This document shows positions 1 to 13,300 of a stretch of DNA of 64,000 nucleotides, piece after piece. Within the stretch, counting starts at the first letter, position 1, and each line of letters starts with the position of its first letter. The notes beneath the pieces are model-generated. The model was not told where the DNA came from. It saw only the letters and a program-made list of their open reading frames with translations, and searched no databases. Source of the stretch: Phoronis australis (lineage: Eukaryota; Animalia; Phoronida); the NCBI GenBank assembly GCA_002633005.1, contig NMRA01000002.1:2800687-2864686 (forward strand), written 5' to 3'. The position numbers and the translations under genes are program-made.

Positions 1-1832
1 GAAAAGAGACTGGATATAAAACCGCATGTTCGGTAATCTTTATCAGTGTTGCGAACTTAACCTGGGCTCCCAAAGTTCAAACAACGGTTACCTGTCATTG
101 TAATTGCCTACTCATTTTTACCCGCCATAAACAAGATGAAAAATATACGCCCACAATTCGACATATTGTTTACGGGTATGTGACAAATTACTTTGTGAAT
201 CATGTTATGTATTATTGGGTTTCGGCGCTTATTTTAATGTGTGCATGCCACGTGTGTATTTTGTCGCAGGCAACATTCCAAAAAAACGAACGCGAAGTGT
301 GGCGTCAGAACTGAGTGTCAAAGCTGCCCGTCCGTTTACTATGACTGGATTGCACAGTCCATTGTTTTGTTCAGATATATATGCCTGGTAATAATTTGTG
401 TGTATTATCTACTTGTGCAGTTGTAAGGTATGTCCATTTGGAAGTGTCAGGCTCGCTGTATTTTTAAAATGGTCTAATTGAAATGTTCATCCATTGTCGC
501 CGTCTCATTTCTTTATTGTAGATAGCTTCGGATTTTAGCAAGAAATATTACTGTTTTATGTCTTTCTATTGACTACAATAGAAGTTGTACGCAAAGGTCA
601 GTTCAATAATTATTTGAGCGTTAATTGTGGAGGTGGCCAGGAATCTACATCATTCATTGTTAAGGAGTTTGGGCTAAGTTCTTGCCTTCGGAAGTGTTCT
701 ATTATACTTAAAGTTAGAGAAGATGGCATCCTCGTTTAGCCTGGCTGCTAGGTATAAAGCCTAGTTGAAGTCTTACCTGACACATGGGGCTCTTCGTTTG
801 TTTATGTAGTGACAACTGAAAAAGGGTATTGTTAAAGCTGCGTTTCGCCCCAGTGTTAAAGTGGTTAAAACGAAAATGGATTTGGCCCTTTTACTTACAT
901 AAAATCAGTCTCGTAATGTTCCATACAGCAATAAAATCCCACTTATACCAAGTCAAGTCCTAGGCAATGCGTTTATGCGTCATTTTCGACTTGCAATTTT
1001 AGGGATTTCTTTGTGTCGCTGATGGTAGTAGCGGAAATAGAATATGATCACGCTGAGGAATATTAAGAGGCTGGTTTTAAGAGGGCAAAAAAGGCTTTTC
1101 GTCTTTGACCAGCTCATTGTGGTGGAACGCAGCTTTAATGCTTTGTACAGAGTTAGCACGACTCGGATGTCGTTAGTCACCTGACAACTGGAGCAAGTTA
1201 GATCAGTCCGGCGTTTTACTTGAATTACAATACCACCAGGGTGACTGAATTGTAATTCGTTACCTGGTGAACATTATTATTTTATTTACTTGTGATTCGA
1301 GTTGCGTGACAACCACTGCGGGAGTACTGTCTTCGGAAGATAGTGTTGGCACTGGGTGACGTTGTGTGTTTGTTACTCGGTAATTGACGAGATTCTTTTT
1401 AAGCACTCGAGCACAGCAGTCCAATAAAATAACGCGGTGGAGTGAAAACCATCTTGTTCTCTGCTCTTGTCGATCGCTTTGTCGCAAAGTAATTTCCGAC
1501 ACAAAAGCACTCAGAGCTTTTTACAGGCGCATAAAGGTACTTTTTCGTCAATTTAGTCACCATTTTAGACCACAGGGTGAGTTGCGTCAGCCAATCACTA
1601 AGCTATAAAATTTCGTAACTTTCAGCCTTGTTTGTGTTGCCTTATATAACTACTAATTTTAAGTCTTTTTAAAAGTGTTCCGCGGAAACCTCATTACATA
1701 TTTCAGCGAGTATGCCATAATTAATGCACGAGTCAGTTGTCACCATGGCGACCATTTTAGGTACGCTCACTAGATACGATATTTGTCATTTTCAGTACAT
1801 TATGATGTACATATATGCGTTTTATCCCATAC

Positions 1833-2825
1833 CAAGGTGTACCATCGATTGGAACCATCATGGTGTGAGACAGATATCCTGGAGTCGAAAACAGACGCCA
1901 GCACTTTCAAAACAGCTAGCCCGAAAAACACCGTCGAACTCGGGGATCGGACAGAGCACCTCAGGACCGAAACATCACTCCCACACATTCTTGGCAAACA
2001 TTGTTTATCTCAAGAACAATAGTACCTTAGTACCTTTAAAGGGCTTTGTGTTCATACATGTATCAATTTCACAGTTCTCCAACGAAAAACGTGTTGATTC
2101 TTAAGAACCTGTTTTACTGGCGGACGTGTACAGTATATCCGACAAAGTGAACAATTTGAGAAATGGCGTGTGCTAGTGTGGTGGATGATTTGCCGGACTC
2201 GAGATTCTTCAGCTGCGTAAACAGTGGCGGATTTAGATGGGGGCCAAGGGGGCCATGGCCCCCCTAAAATTCTGCCAGATTCCATTTGGCAGTTCGGGGG
2301 TGCGAATGTCTGACGGGCAAAAGTCTGCCTATTACTCTGCTCTGCCCCCCTAACTCAAAATCATAGATCCGCCCCTGGTAAAGTTCAGAAATTCCGTTTC
2401 CAAATTCCGTTTTTAATGGTTTAAGTTCAAGAATGGAGAAATTGGTGACGATGCAGGTCTTTTGAGTGGATAATTCTTGAGGTCTTTTTCAAAATCCGAC
2501 AAATAAATCGGCGAACCCTAAAATGCGGTCATCTGTAAAGATATTTAAAGGAATTAGTCAACAGTGGCACCCGGAAGTCGAAACAATATTTTTGTTTTTC
2601 ATTTTTGAAAATATTTTTGGAGAAACTACTGAAAATTGAGTTTGACATCGCCTCAGAAAATTTGAAACAATGTCCGGGTTTCCTGTCCGATCCCCGGGTT
2701 CTTGTTTGAAATGTCGGGGTTCGTGTTTTTTTGGGCTTGTTAGCTGTTTTGAAGGTGCGGGAGCCTGTTTTCGACACCGGGATATTTGTTTTACACCGGG
2801 ATTCCAATTTCGATGAAACACCTTG
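1833..2825. mobile_element. Degenerate MITE with long TIRs, P-element-like termini
   Basis: CAAGGTG...CACCTTG ends; ~150-bp imperfect inverted arms (also seen as similar peptides in ORFs 1724+ and 2558-); flanks cccatac/cctatgc match 5/7, a possible decayed 7-bp TSD. Confidence 0.6.
2222..2377. mobile_element. 156-bp hAT-like MITE nested in the 1833-2825 element
   Basis: TIRs CAGTGGCGGATTTA / TAGATCCGCCCCTG; perfect 5-bp direct repeat GTAAA on both sides; relatives at ~4750-4820, ~57290-57590 and 61513-61678. Confidence 0.75.
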
Positions 2826-5716
2826 CCTATGCGTTGAGTGCAATACGGCCATTGCAGTCCCGGGACTATTTTTAACAGTGCCCTCTATACTCTGAGAGTG
2901 GAAAATACAAAAAAGGTAGGTGAATGTCAACTCGGCGTCGCTTGCCAGCATCACTTCAAACTTTCCCAAATTAAAGTGATAAATTTGCAGCAGTATAAGT
3001 AACACTCAACATGCAATCAGGTCACAAAAAATAACATTTGGTACAAAACTGTTAATTAAGTGTTATCGTCTGCAACTCAGGGCGTCGCTTTCTCGGTGAC
3101 TACTTATGGTAAACATTCGTGTTATTTATTTTCAAAGTGCTACAAGTTTAATGCACAATTACCGTTACCTCTTTTCAAGTAATAATTCGCTGCATTTATG
3201 CGGTTTTCTTTTACTATAATAAACTAGAAACTCAAGTTAACGCGCAAGTACATATAGTCTACTATAGGTTGTGATTCGCCCCGTGAATAATCTTCGGTCT
3301 CGGTCGATATGCCTGATATATTACATGAAGTGGCCTACGTGATAACGTCCCACGTGTTGATGCACCGCCAAAAATAAAATTTAGCTGAAACTCATACTAA
3401 ATTCAGTTGAGTTTGCAAATGCTTCGAGTTGTGTTGAATGAACATTATTTGGGCTTAAGTTTCGACTGAACTAACTTCCGTTAAAATCCATTTTATGGAA
3501 GTACTCAACTAATGAAGCGGAAACAGTCATCTTTAAGGATAACACCGGATGGTCGTGCCATCATTACAAATGATCACACTTCTAGCAGAGTTGAAACATT
3601 TTTAATATGATAATTTTCAATTCATGAAGGCCAGATGGCAATGCATTTTCTTCAGATTCTTTATCAACAAACAACAGAGTACATGAAAGGTTACAGCTGT
3701 TTATGACTGTTTTGTTTTCGCGAGTTTTCGAAGTGCGGAATCTGAACTAATATCCAGTCACGGTCACGGTCATTGGCACTCACATACCGCAACCTGCACT
3801 GCATTCAAAACTCGACTAGAAAATTGCATGGAACGCTTTGAGCAAACTTACAAATTTGTTCCCGGAATCACGAGGCGTGAGTGCCGAGGATAAACCTGGT
3901 TTTGGTCCTCGTTCTGTCACCTGCTAATACGGGAACCAACTAAAAACCTACCCCCTATGTCACAGATCGCCTATTTGCTCTTGGTGGGTGGTTTTTCTCT
4001 ACAGTTGCCGTGTAATTCGCTAAAAGAGTAGGTCACGTTTGCTAGTCAAGCATTCTTTCCCTCCAAACTTTTGAGACTTGTCGAGGGTTGCAGAGCATTA
4101 TTTTGTTCCTGAGAATTGGATGGGAATGTCATTTTTAATATCTGTCAATAAGCCGAAGCCGGGTTTGGTATCGCTTCAAGTTTCAACTCTGTGTTCGAAG
4201 ATCTTATCCTGGTGATAGGGTTCATTTTTGGTCAAATAAACCTATTGCGTGTTAGAGCGTTTGTGTTCAAGTGGAACGTGTGTTCAGTTTGAATGCGAAC
4301 TTGATCAGAAGGTAGAAAAATCATTTCTCCACTCTCCAGAAAGACTGGGTTTAGTAGTAACAGTGATTAATTGTCTAATTATATAAAACAGGCGTTTAAT
4401 ATGACCATCACTGCATCAATGCAAACCTGGAACCTATTTTCAGACACTCTATTGGCGGAAGTCGTAGAAATTACGATAGTAAGCTACCACCAGCCAGCCT
4501 ATGACGCAAACACAATTTCCCCAATAATGAATTGGGAAGTTCCCTAACATACTGCGTGAGTTGTGGACTTGTGAAAACTGGCATTTCTTGCACCTGTTTT
4601 AGTTTCATTACCAAGTCAACTTTTGCTTTTGATACAAACCGAGAGCGAACCAATTTCTTGAACAAGCCCGTAGCCAGGGGGGGGGGGTTCGATCGACACC
4701 CACCCGCAGAAAAGGTCCATCCCCAGCCTATTCGTTAAAGACATTGGCACCCCTTCTCTGCCAAATGGAATCTGGGAGAATTTTAGGGCGGGGCCGCCCC
4801 CTCCCCCATAAATCCCGCCACACAACAACAACAAAATTGTTGCAGCTACTAGTACTACTAACTACAAATATAATTAAGTTAGTAAAAATTTTGCATTTGC
4901 TTCTGATTCACAGCGCTTCACGTACACGAAATCATCAGGCCACTTCGCCCGAGTGGTGTTTGCGTGGATGACAGGATCGTGCAGACGATTAGAGGAGGTT
5001 TTATGTTATTCATCGGTATTGAACGCGCGTGCTGGATACACGATAGGGTAACAAGGGAGCAGTCTAGAATGTCTGTACATAGCCACGCTACTACAGCAGC
5101 GAGAGAGCTTCCAAAAAGCACTGCGGTGTGAATGCCTTAAAATCGAGCGTGAACAAAACAGCAGAAAATAGGTTTGTAAGCTGCTATTTCGGTATACTTC
5201 ATAGCATAGAACGGTGAAGTGCAGGCATTTTCAAATTTCGAATTGAACGTGGTCATCCAGTGTCTATCATTAATTTAACATGTAGATTGACATGTATGCG
5301 TGTACACGTGTGCGCGTTTCCATTCTTTTGAATTCAGTACACGCCGACGGCGTAAGTTCTCTTATAGGCAGTCCTCCGTCAATTGTCTGCTAATGAGCCG
5401 AAACTGACAGTAACCATTTAAAGAGTGTGCAAAACGGAGCAGAATCTTAAAACATTGATTACTGCATTGTTTTGCAAATGAGCTCAGTTCCAGTAGTGAT
5501 TCTTGAATCTATTTAACAAACAGGGACAATCATCTGGGGCACGGGTCAAGGCTGCGGCTACCAATGGCGGTTTAAATTTAATCAGACTGAAAGAGACTGT
5601 AACTTCGTGAAGACTGGCACGGAGAGTAGCATAATAACTACATTCAGTTTCGAGCCGGTCGTGCGCAAGGTTCTGGTGGGTGAGGTTAAGACGCAGCGAC
5701 CCTAACTTTTCAATCG

Positions 5717-6138
5717 CACTGTGAAATGAAGCAATCTTGACAAGGATTAGCTGAATGTATCGTGGTTGATTCATCAATATTGCTACCACGTATTCTTTTA
5801 AAAATGCAAGTACGTACTAATTTTCCGTATTCGTAAGACAAATGCGGGCAATTTTGCATGCGCATCAAATCCAAAAACAAAGTGCTTTAGTACCCGAGCG
5901 TTGTTTTCGGTATATATGCAGTTACACCGCTGTGAAATGGTGCGATCTTGACATGGATTTGATGAATGTATGGTGGTTGATAATTCATCAATATTCCTAC
6001 TTTATATTCTTTTGAAAATGCAAGTACATACTCATTTGTCGGTATTCGTAAGACATGCGGGCAATTTCACATGCGCGGCAAAATCCAAACAAAGTGCTTC
6101 ATTACCCTCGCTGGCGTTATTTTTGGTATAGGTACACC
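5717..6138. repeat. Two-copy diverged tandem repeat, ~210-bp unit
   Basis: ctgtgaaatg..gc.atcttgaca.ggatt...ttcatcaatatt...aaaatgcaagtac.tact...gtattcgtaagaca..tgcgggcaattt recurs at ~5720 and ~5930. Confidence 0.8.
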
Positions 6139-6509
6139 ACTCAGTGCCTCTCAATAAACGAAATATTGTTTATTTTTGCATGTAAAAGTATAAAAATTAC
6201 ACCGGACTCCGAAATTTTTAATATTTTCGGAGTAATTAAGCTAAAGTAGTGAACATTCGGAATAGTGGGATGTTCCCATTCCCAGCAACGTAAGCAACGT
6301 AACGCGCCGTCAAGTCATTTGCCAACTCGGTATTTCCGTCCCAGTATGACATGAAGTGTAATCACTCATCGAAGCACGCCTGATTTGAAAGTTTGGCAGG
6401 AGATAACGCGAGAGCGTTCTCTTTCTGGACCACACATTACATCCGAAATTGAGTCCCGTTCTTTGCGAGCAACCGCCACGGCATACTCCTTTCGGGTATT
6501 ACGACTTAC

Positions 6510-6699
6510 GTACAATAATTCCTTTATAGGTTCCTTACAGATAGTACTGGCTGCATTGGCTTGGTGATTGTTGCCAACACAATGCCTAGAGACGTTGCTT
6601 TTGTCCGAGGCACCTCGGACAAATGCAATAAGGCATTGTGTTAGCAACAAACACCGAGTCAGTGTTATCTGTCAAGAACCTATGAAGGAATTATTGTGC
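6510..6699. repeat. ~190-bp imperfect palindrome (fold-back)
   Basis: Arms acaataattcctt.ataggttc..tacagata / tatctgtcaagaacctatgaaggaattattgt and ttgttgccaacacaatgcct / aggcattgtgttagcaacaa; centre ttgtccgagg-ca-cctcggacaa. Confidence 0.85.
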
Positions 6700-7209
6700 A
6701 GTAAAGAGTCATTGGCCATTCAGGACAAGCATGCTGCTGGTTCTCTGAATAACATGCAGAGCTCAGTGTCCCTACAACTATGGTGATGACGTATTTACTA
6801 TTTCCTGTATTTACACTCATTTCACTATATGGATGTAACCTAACTGGTATGTCGACACTTGATGTCTTATTGTTTATAACCTGATGATGTCTAATGAATA
6901 GACAAAGTCGAATCAATATGAATCGTTTTATTTGTGCGTAGATTATCCGTTTTTTGATCCTACTATGGCCAAAAACTGATGTATTCTTTAAGGGCCACTC
7001 TCGGAGTGCCCTCAACCCCAATGGTGGCCATCAATTGTCAAGTTTTCCCTGAAGTAAAAGAACACAGTGACTTGAAGTCGATTTAAGTAAATTTAAAATT
7101 TTATTTGGTTCAAAGCTTTGGAAAGACATACAATAACCAAAACAAAACAGAACAGAGTAACAACACAAATGTAACCACAGACCCTGACCATCAAAATTTT
7201 CAGGAGAGT

Positions 7210-7329
7210 CTGGAAAACTGACCAATCACACTGCGTGTACTGGAAAACTGACCAATCACACTGCGTGTACTGGAAAACTGACCAATCACACTGTGTGTAC
7301 TGGAAAACTGACCAATCACACTGTGTGTA
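7210..7329. repeat. Minisatellite, 4 x 30 bp (CTGGAAAACTGACCAATCACACTGYGTGTA)
   Basis: Four near-identical units read directly. Confidence 0.97.
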
Positions 7330-8349
7330 ATTAAGAAAGTTTATTCGAAGCATGATACACCAATTGTGAATCTCCATTTAAGATCGGTGGTCGCAGCCCA
7401 TGAGCAAAACGTTTTCAAACAACCTCAGAAAGTAGTTGATTCATTAGCTGAGACACATGCTGAGCTTGCATAGGAAATCAAAGGACAGGATGGCTGCAAA
7501 ATGGGACAGGCCAAATTGTTTGGGAAAAAATACACAAAAAATGCCAAGCACATAATACAAATTTGATTCTAAAGATTTTGCAATTTACCTATCATTCAAA
7601 TTCAAAATTTTACAAAATTCTTGAAACTCAGCAATATTATCCAGTTAACGTTTTTTCCACCCCACGGAGCCAACTGGGCCATTCGGCATCAACGGCCCTG
7701 CAGCTACCAAATTGTGACCCGTTGTGACTACTTAGCCATGCATTTTATTGTGTTCTCTGGCTCTAAACAGCAATGAATAGTTCTCCCAAAATCATTGATG
7801 AATTGAAAAATATGAGTAAACATGTCTGGATTTCCAGTTGTACGTGAGGTGACTGACGGTAACTGGTTAAATCTAGATATTCCTGACGTAATCCCTGCCA
7901 ATTATCACATTTGCATCATAAACATGTCACATATTTGACACTGACTATAAAAAACAACATATTTTATACAACAGAAAACAATTCTCCATTACCTAAGCAC
8001 ATCGCAATTGCCCTGTCACAAACAAAATGTCTAAAGCATACAACAAAATCTTAGCAACACATCTAGAATATCTAACAGAGAACAGATGCCAAATAAAACT
8101 CACGGTAATGTAATTAAAAAGAGTTATATGATAGAAAATTCCATACATCACCACCACATTACTGTCAATAACACCTAACAAGTGGTATCATGATACTTAT
8201 TAATTTTACAATATCATGTTTCTATATCATAACGATATACAACAACACATAAATCTTTAGGGAAGTTCTGCATCTCAGAATATAACAAGGTAGGTGTTAA
8301 GAACTTAATAACTAAAAAGTAAACGAACCATAAAACTATTCACTTTTAA

Positions 8350-8790
8350 GGTTCTACAGGACCCTAAAATATGTCAAACTTGGCTAATTTTGGATTGTCA
8401 TATCTCAGAAATAGCTGATTAGATTAGATTCATATGAAACTCGATACTATGCCTTATCCATTGGTCTCCAAAGCACTGTTAAGGATTATTTTTAACTTTT
8501 TCCATTTTTTCACGAGGGCTATCAAAAGCTTCACAAAAAAGCAAAATAATGTTTTAGAAAACTAAAAACTAACTGAATATTGAAACCAAATACAATTCAT
8601 CCATGCTATTGATAGCATTGCTTTGCTACGAATCAACCTTGCTTGTTTGTCAACTTTTACTAAAAAAAACATGTTCACATGAACCAGATTAGTATAAAGT
8701 AGTAAAATCTGCAGGCTTTCTTATTTAAAAAATATTTGCTTACAGATTGGCTAAATGCGCATACTTATCCTTTAAGATCCCTGCATAACC
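8350..8790. mobile_element. Degenerate Kolobok-like non-autonomous element
   Basis: TTAA|GGTTCTACAGG ... CCTGCATAACC|TTAT ends; internal tcatat.tca.a.ata.ctgat...gattcatatgaaa shared with 41215-41981. Confidence 0.5.
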
Positions 8791-9306
8791 TTATACAGCT
8801 ATGAAATGTGACACGCACATGGGCGGTATTAGTGTAGTCTGTCAAGCAACACTGGCAAACGATGGCAATAAATGTTTGGAGAAATATGATTACAGTACAA
8901 GCCAAAAATATTCAGACAAAATGAACCATAATTCCTTGTCACGACTACTGGGGGGAAGTCGAATTCACCCTCAGGGTAGTCGTCCCTAATGTGCATGAAT
9001 GGAGACGAGCTAACACTAAAGTTAATAACATATTCTGTATTAACTAGAATTTTACCATCCAGACAGTAATTACCAGTCATTTTTGTAATTAACAGAATTA
9101 GTTTTCATGACAAGGAAATGCAATTATGTCCGATTGCTTTCGTCTTGTTCTGTAAGTATGTACTATATCAACTGAGTTACATAAAAACTCAAAACTTAAG
9201 TAAGTTTCTTTGTTAACTTTCGTGATGTCAAATGTATCACTCAACTATAGCAACGTGTCGCTTGATGATGAGATGGCATTGTTGTTATCCAACGTATAAC
9301 CAAGTC

Positions 9307-9582
9307 CAGGGATCAGTTTCCTGAAAGTCACTAAGACACAAGGCATGTCATCGCAATTACTGAACACGGTTTAGCTAAGTAATAGTCAGTGCACCACAGT
9401 CCAGAAATAATTGATAGAAGAAATCATCTCTGTCAGTGACTACACAGCAATTTGTATATTCTCAGACTTTGTAATCTTGCTCGACACGTGAAACTTAATT
9501 ATTTCCAGAAATAACCTGTAATGAGCAGAAGACCAAATTTCCGATTCAAATCTTAATTCACTTTTCATGAAACAAACCCCTG
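9307..9582. mobile_element. MITE, probably PIF/Harbinger-type
   Basis: Imperfect TIRs CAGGGATCAGTTTCCTGAAAG / CTTTTCATGAAACAAACCCCTG. Confidence 0.55.
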
Positions 9583-10234
9583 GAGTTCAAACCTTTTAGC
9601 GGTGACTAAGGAAGACGTTTTCTGAGAAATGCCCCATTGTGACACCATGCCGTTTTTTTAATTATATCAAAATATCACAAAAGTTATCTGATGTCACTCT
9701 TATTAGTGTTCTACGTAATCAAGATTCGATATCTACATGCCTATCAACTAAGTGCATTATTACTCACGAACAGTTAAACAAAGTTTGCTTTCAGCTCAAT
9801 CAAGAAAATTGAATCGTAGCAGGCAAATTGGGATACTGGCTTGGTTAATTTGGATTTACTAACTACATTAAACTTCTCTCTCTTTCTTGTGACAGTGTTG
9901 TTAACGTTGCTGCTGCCCTGTAGATAGATAGTCGGTACCTAGTCTCCTTCCAAACCACAGGTTACAAATGAATTTAACTGTTGTCTTTGTTTGCATACAA
10001 TTATGTTCTCACAAGCTCCCTACCCAAACATCAAGAGTCATTTTTCAGGAAACATCATTCCCTTCTGACATGCAGTTGTTCTTGTTGAGAACGTTCATAC
10101 AGCTCGTAAGAAAAGTTAGACTCAGGTCACCTCACTATAACTGCATAACAATATGGACAGAACTGATGGCCAGGCAAGCGCAATTCCCTGTCAGTCAGGC
10201 AAGGAAGACCACACTGAAAATCCAGCACCTCTCT

Positions 10235-10394
10235 TCAGACAACTACAGATCTATCTTTCACAATCCATTCTGCCAAAGGGTTAACGTTGTACACCGACAT
10301 CATGTTAGCACTGTGGTCGAGACATCTCTCACCGATATTTCCTCCAACCTCGAACAAATAGGTGTTCTCTTCCGCAAACTTCCCATCACATGGA
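10235..10394 (-). CDS. ARHGAP18: RhoGAP last coding exon (..ENTYLFEVGGNIGERCLDHSANMMSVYNVNPLAEWIVKDRSVVV*)
   Basis: tttacag acceptor, phase 2; diagnostic L.E.GGNIGERCLD..NP.AEW..K C-terminus; TGA at 10237-10235. Confidence 0.95.
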
Positions 10395-13300
10395 CTGTAA
10401 ATAATATGCCCATCAGTACAGGAGCATTAACAAGTCTTAGTTTGAAGGAAAAATTAAAGCTGCTGCATAAAAATGAAAACGGAAATTAGACGTTTTACTC
10501 TCACAAAATTGGTCTCTATATTGTTCTTCTTAATTGTAATTATCTATTTAATGTATTGTTGATTGGTGGTCAGGTATTAGCGTCCCATGCCTTTGTTGGC
10601 TACCCACTCACATAACACAATAATTATGTTTTCATATGATTTGAAAAATAAAGTTTCTCTCTCTATTTGTAACTGTGACAAAAAGGAATATTTATCAGAC
10701 TGATTTCATAGGAATAAAAAGCCTTACTTAATTTTCTTGTTTTACCCAGCTAAACTGGGCCAAATGCACCTTTAATTGCAAAAGACAATCCATACTCAGA
10801 GAGCCTTGTTCATCAATGGAAGCCAACAAACAATAAAAAATAGGACAAATTTTAAGATATACTCGCAAAGTTTACAACTACAATACATATGATTTAGGAA
10901 GTAGTATGCCTGAAAGACGTCTTTAAACCAATCATGACAGTTGACTAGCAACGTGTTCTAGAAACAGACGCTCTAATTACAGTGTTCAATGGGATCCATT
11001 CCAACTCAAGCAGAAGCTGCTGTAAGGTACACTGTGAGAGGGCCGACTTATCAACAGGACAGTCATTTATGTTCGCTTAACTTGCTTTAAGAAACAAATC
11101 TTGGAATCATCCTATTTTTTGTTTGGAAATGATGCCAGTGCCTAGTCAAGCATTTGCAAACACATTTTTTTGAGTGGGCGGAATGCTATAGTTCGTAATA
11201 TGAACACGGAGCTTAAAAGTGCCATTCTCATGTGAAATTTAAAAGAGATAATTCCACTATTTTCTCTGCTAAATCTTTAATCGGAAAAATGTTTGCATTG
11301 GGACACGACTTACCTGGAGTGGTATGCTGAAATTCGCCATCCCTGCCTGGATTAATACCAGGAAATTTTACTCATGAGTTACCACTTTTTGTTAACTCAA
11401 TTAAGAATAACATAGTGTCAAAGCCTGCCAATAGGAGCGACAAAAATACCTGTATGCCAGCACTTAGGAAGAGTCATTGGTGACACGGCAGTTTGTGTTG
11501 AATTAATCCCATTAATTTTTTCCTCAAATGTTTTTAGGTTTTCAAAATACATGGGAACGCAGTTAACATAAAGCCGAGACGTCGAGAAGACCTCTTTATC
11601 AACCACAAAGTAGTTCCCCGTCACGCACGTCTACCTTTTACATTTGAATATTAAGTCTATATCCCCAAAATACAAAAATACAACCATAACGGATTTCCAA
11701 AGGTTAAAGCAAAAAATCCACGAACAGTACTGCACCGAATAGCATAGTTCATAAGAAAACTGATTGTGTGCTGTCTATTCATTCCAGTTGACAGTCAAAG
11801 GAAGTTCACACCCAATGAAAAGGCATAATTACCTGTAATGCTCACTGGATACCTGACTTGGCTTGAACTTCTCTACAATGTCTCCAGCTGTGACGTCATT
11901 GTTCAACTGAATTGTAGCACCGACTTTACTGAGGGAAGGGGCTTGAATACGAATGAAGCCCTCTTGTGTCTCGTTCTAAAAAAAAGTTTTTAGACATTCA
12001 ATTAGTATCTTTGGTTTCCAAAAAACTTTGTGAATTGTCTTTTATCATATTCCGGTAAATGGGCACCATGGCCATACTTTCAGTCTGAATACGGAAATCC
12101 TGACAATGAATGATTATTTATGATAAAATATCATGACACCGACTGGTTTCTACCACCAAAACCATTTTGGACATCACCTGCAATTAGTGCCAATCTTGGA
12201 AATGATGAACAACTCTGCCAAAGATGAAAATCATAATTCTTTTACAGTACAGACAAATTCATGAGGTAGACTTAACCTGGAGTATAATCAGCATGTTAGC
12301 AAGTAAAGTGAAAATGTCCCTTCAATGACCTTCAATCAGATGATACGGCATGACGGATCGCGCTGACCAACCAGTGATGTTTACTAAGCGCTAAGAAGAA
12401 TGCACTAATTGAAAATCACATTACTCATAAACATGACATGTTTACTCAGATAAATCCAGCAGTCCTCGTTATTTACAACAATTGATGTGTTTATCAGGTA
12501 TTACACGAGTTATCCATTAAAGGAGCATCCTGAAGATTCAAATCACTCACACGTTAAGTTAAGTGTCAAGAAACATTTTCACCGTTATTCTAGGTTAATA
12601 AGCAGAACGTGTATCTGATGAAATACTTAAAACAATTTGTTTTTTATCTCTGGAATCTTTAATTAAACGTCAATTTATTCCTTCACGCATTTACCCTAAT
12701 TCCACAGAAATGTCCACCTGGTGGCATTCTTGAAAACTAGGCCACATTAGTGTGTAACATCGTTAATTAGTCTTTTGTCTTTCGACTTTTTCATCCACAT
12801 CGTAGATTTTTGGCAACTTATAATTGATCAGTAAACAACTTCACGCGGCTGATAATGTGAACATTTTAACTTTCGTTAAACACTAATCTTGAACTGCATT
12901 CCCCAGTGCCAAACATATTTTGAGGATATGTAGCACATAGGGTGCAATCGCTAAAATGCTTAAAAATTGTGATTTGTAAGAAGATTGTCATAAAACGTTA
13001 AAGGTAAGATGCACACACACATTGTTGATATCCATAAGTTATGATACCATTTGCTGAGGCATGAGTACACCAGGCTGAGAATTCAAGATTTCAAGTCAAT
13101 AAACACTATCAACTGTCATGAAGTTTTTTGCTTGAAATTCAAACCTGCCAGCCCCCTGGTATAAACCACGTCACACATCTGAGACTTCAAACTTGGACCT
13201 TGAATTTGAGTCAATTAAACCTCACTGATGAATAGTTTTGAGTCCGTTGCATCAATCGCAATTTGACAGGCAAGCGATCAATCAAACTTCAAAAATGCAA

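Noticed and set aside
241-432. Possible 5' exon of a plus-strand gene (donor-like AG|GTATGT at ~427)
   Set aside because: No downstream coding exons found to support it.
3950-4665. Possible decayed coding sequence on the minus strand
   Set aside because: Multiple stops in all frames I tried and no motif I can name; needs BLASTX.
7210-7329. 30-bp repeats as a CRISPR array
   Set aside because: Units are contiguous with no unique spacers, there are no cas genes, and the context is eukaryotic.
6925-7750. RhoGAP polyadenylation site
   Set aside because: Several minus-strand AATAAA hexamers (~6927, 7100, 7340, 7744); cannot choose without 3'-end data.
9968-10489. Longest ORF in the track (173 aa, +)
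   Set aside because: Antisense shadow of the RhoGAP last exon and 3' UTR; no recognisable domain.
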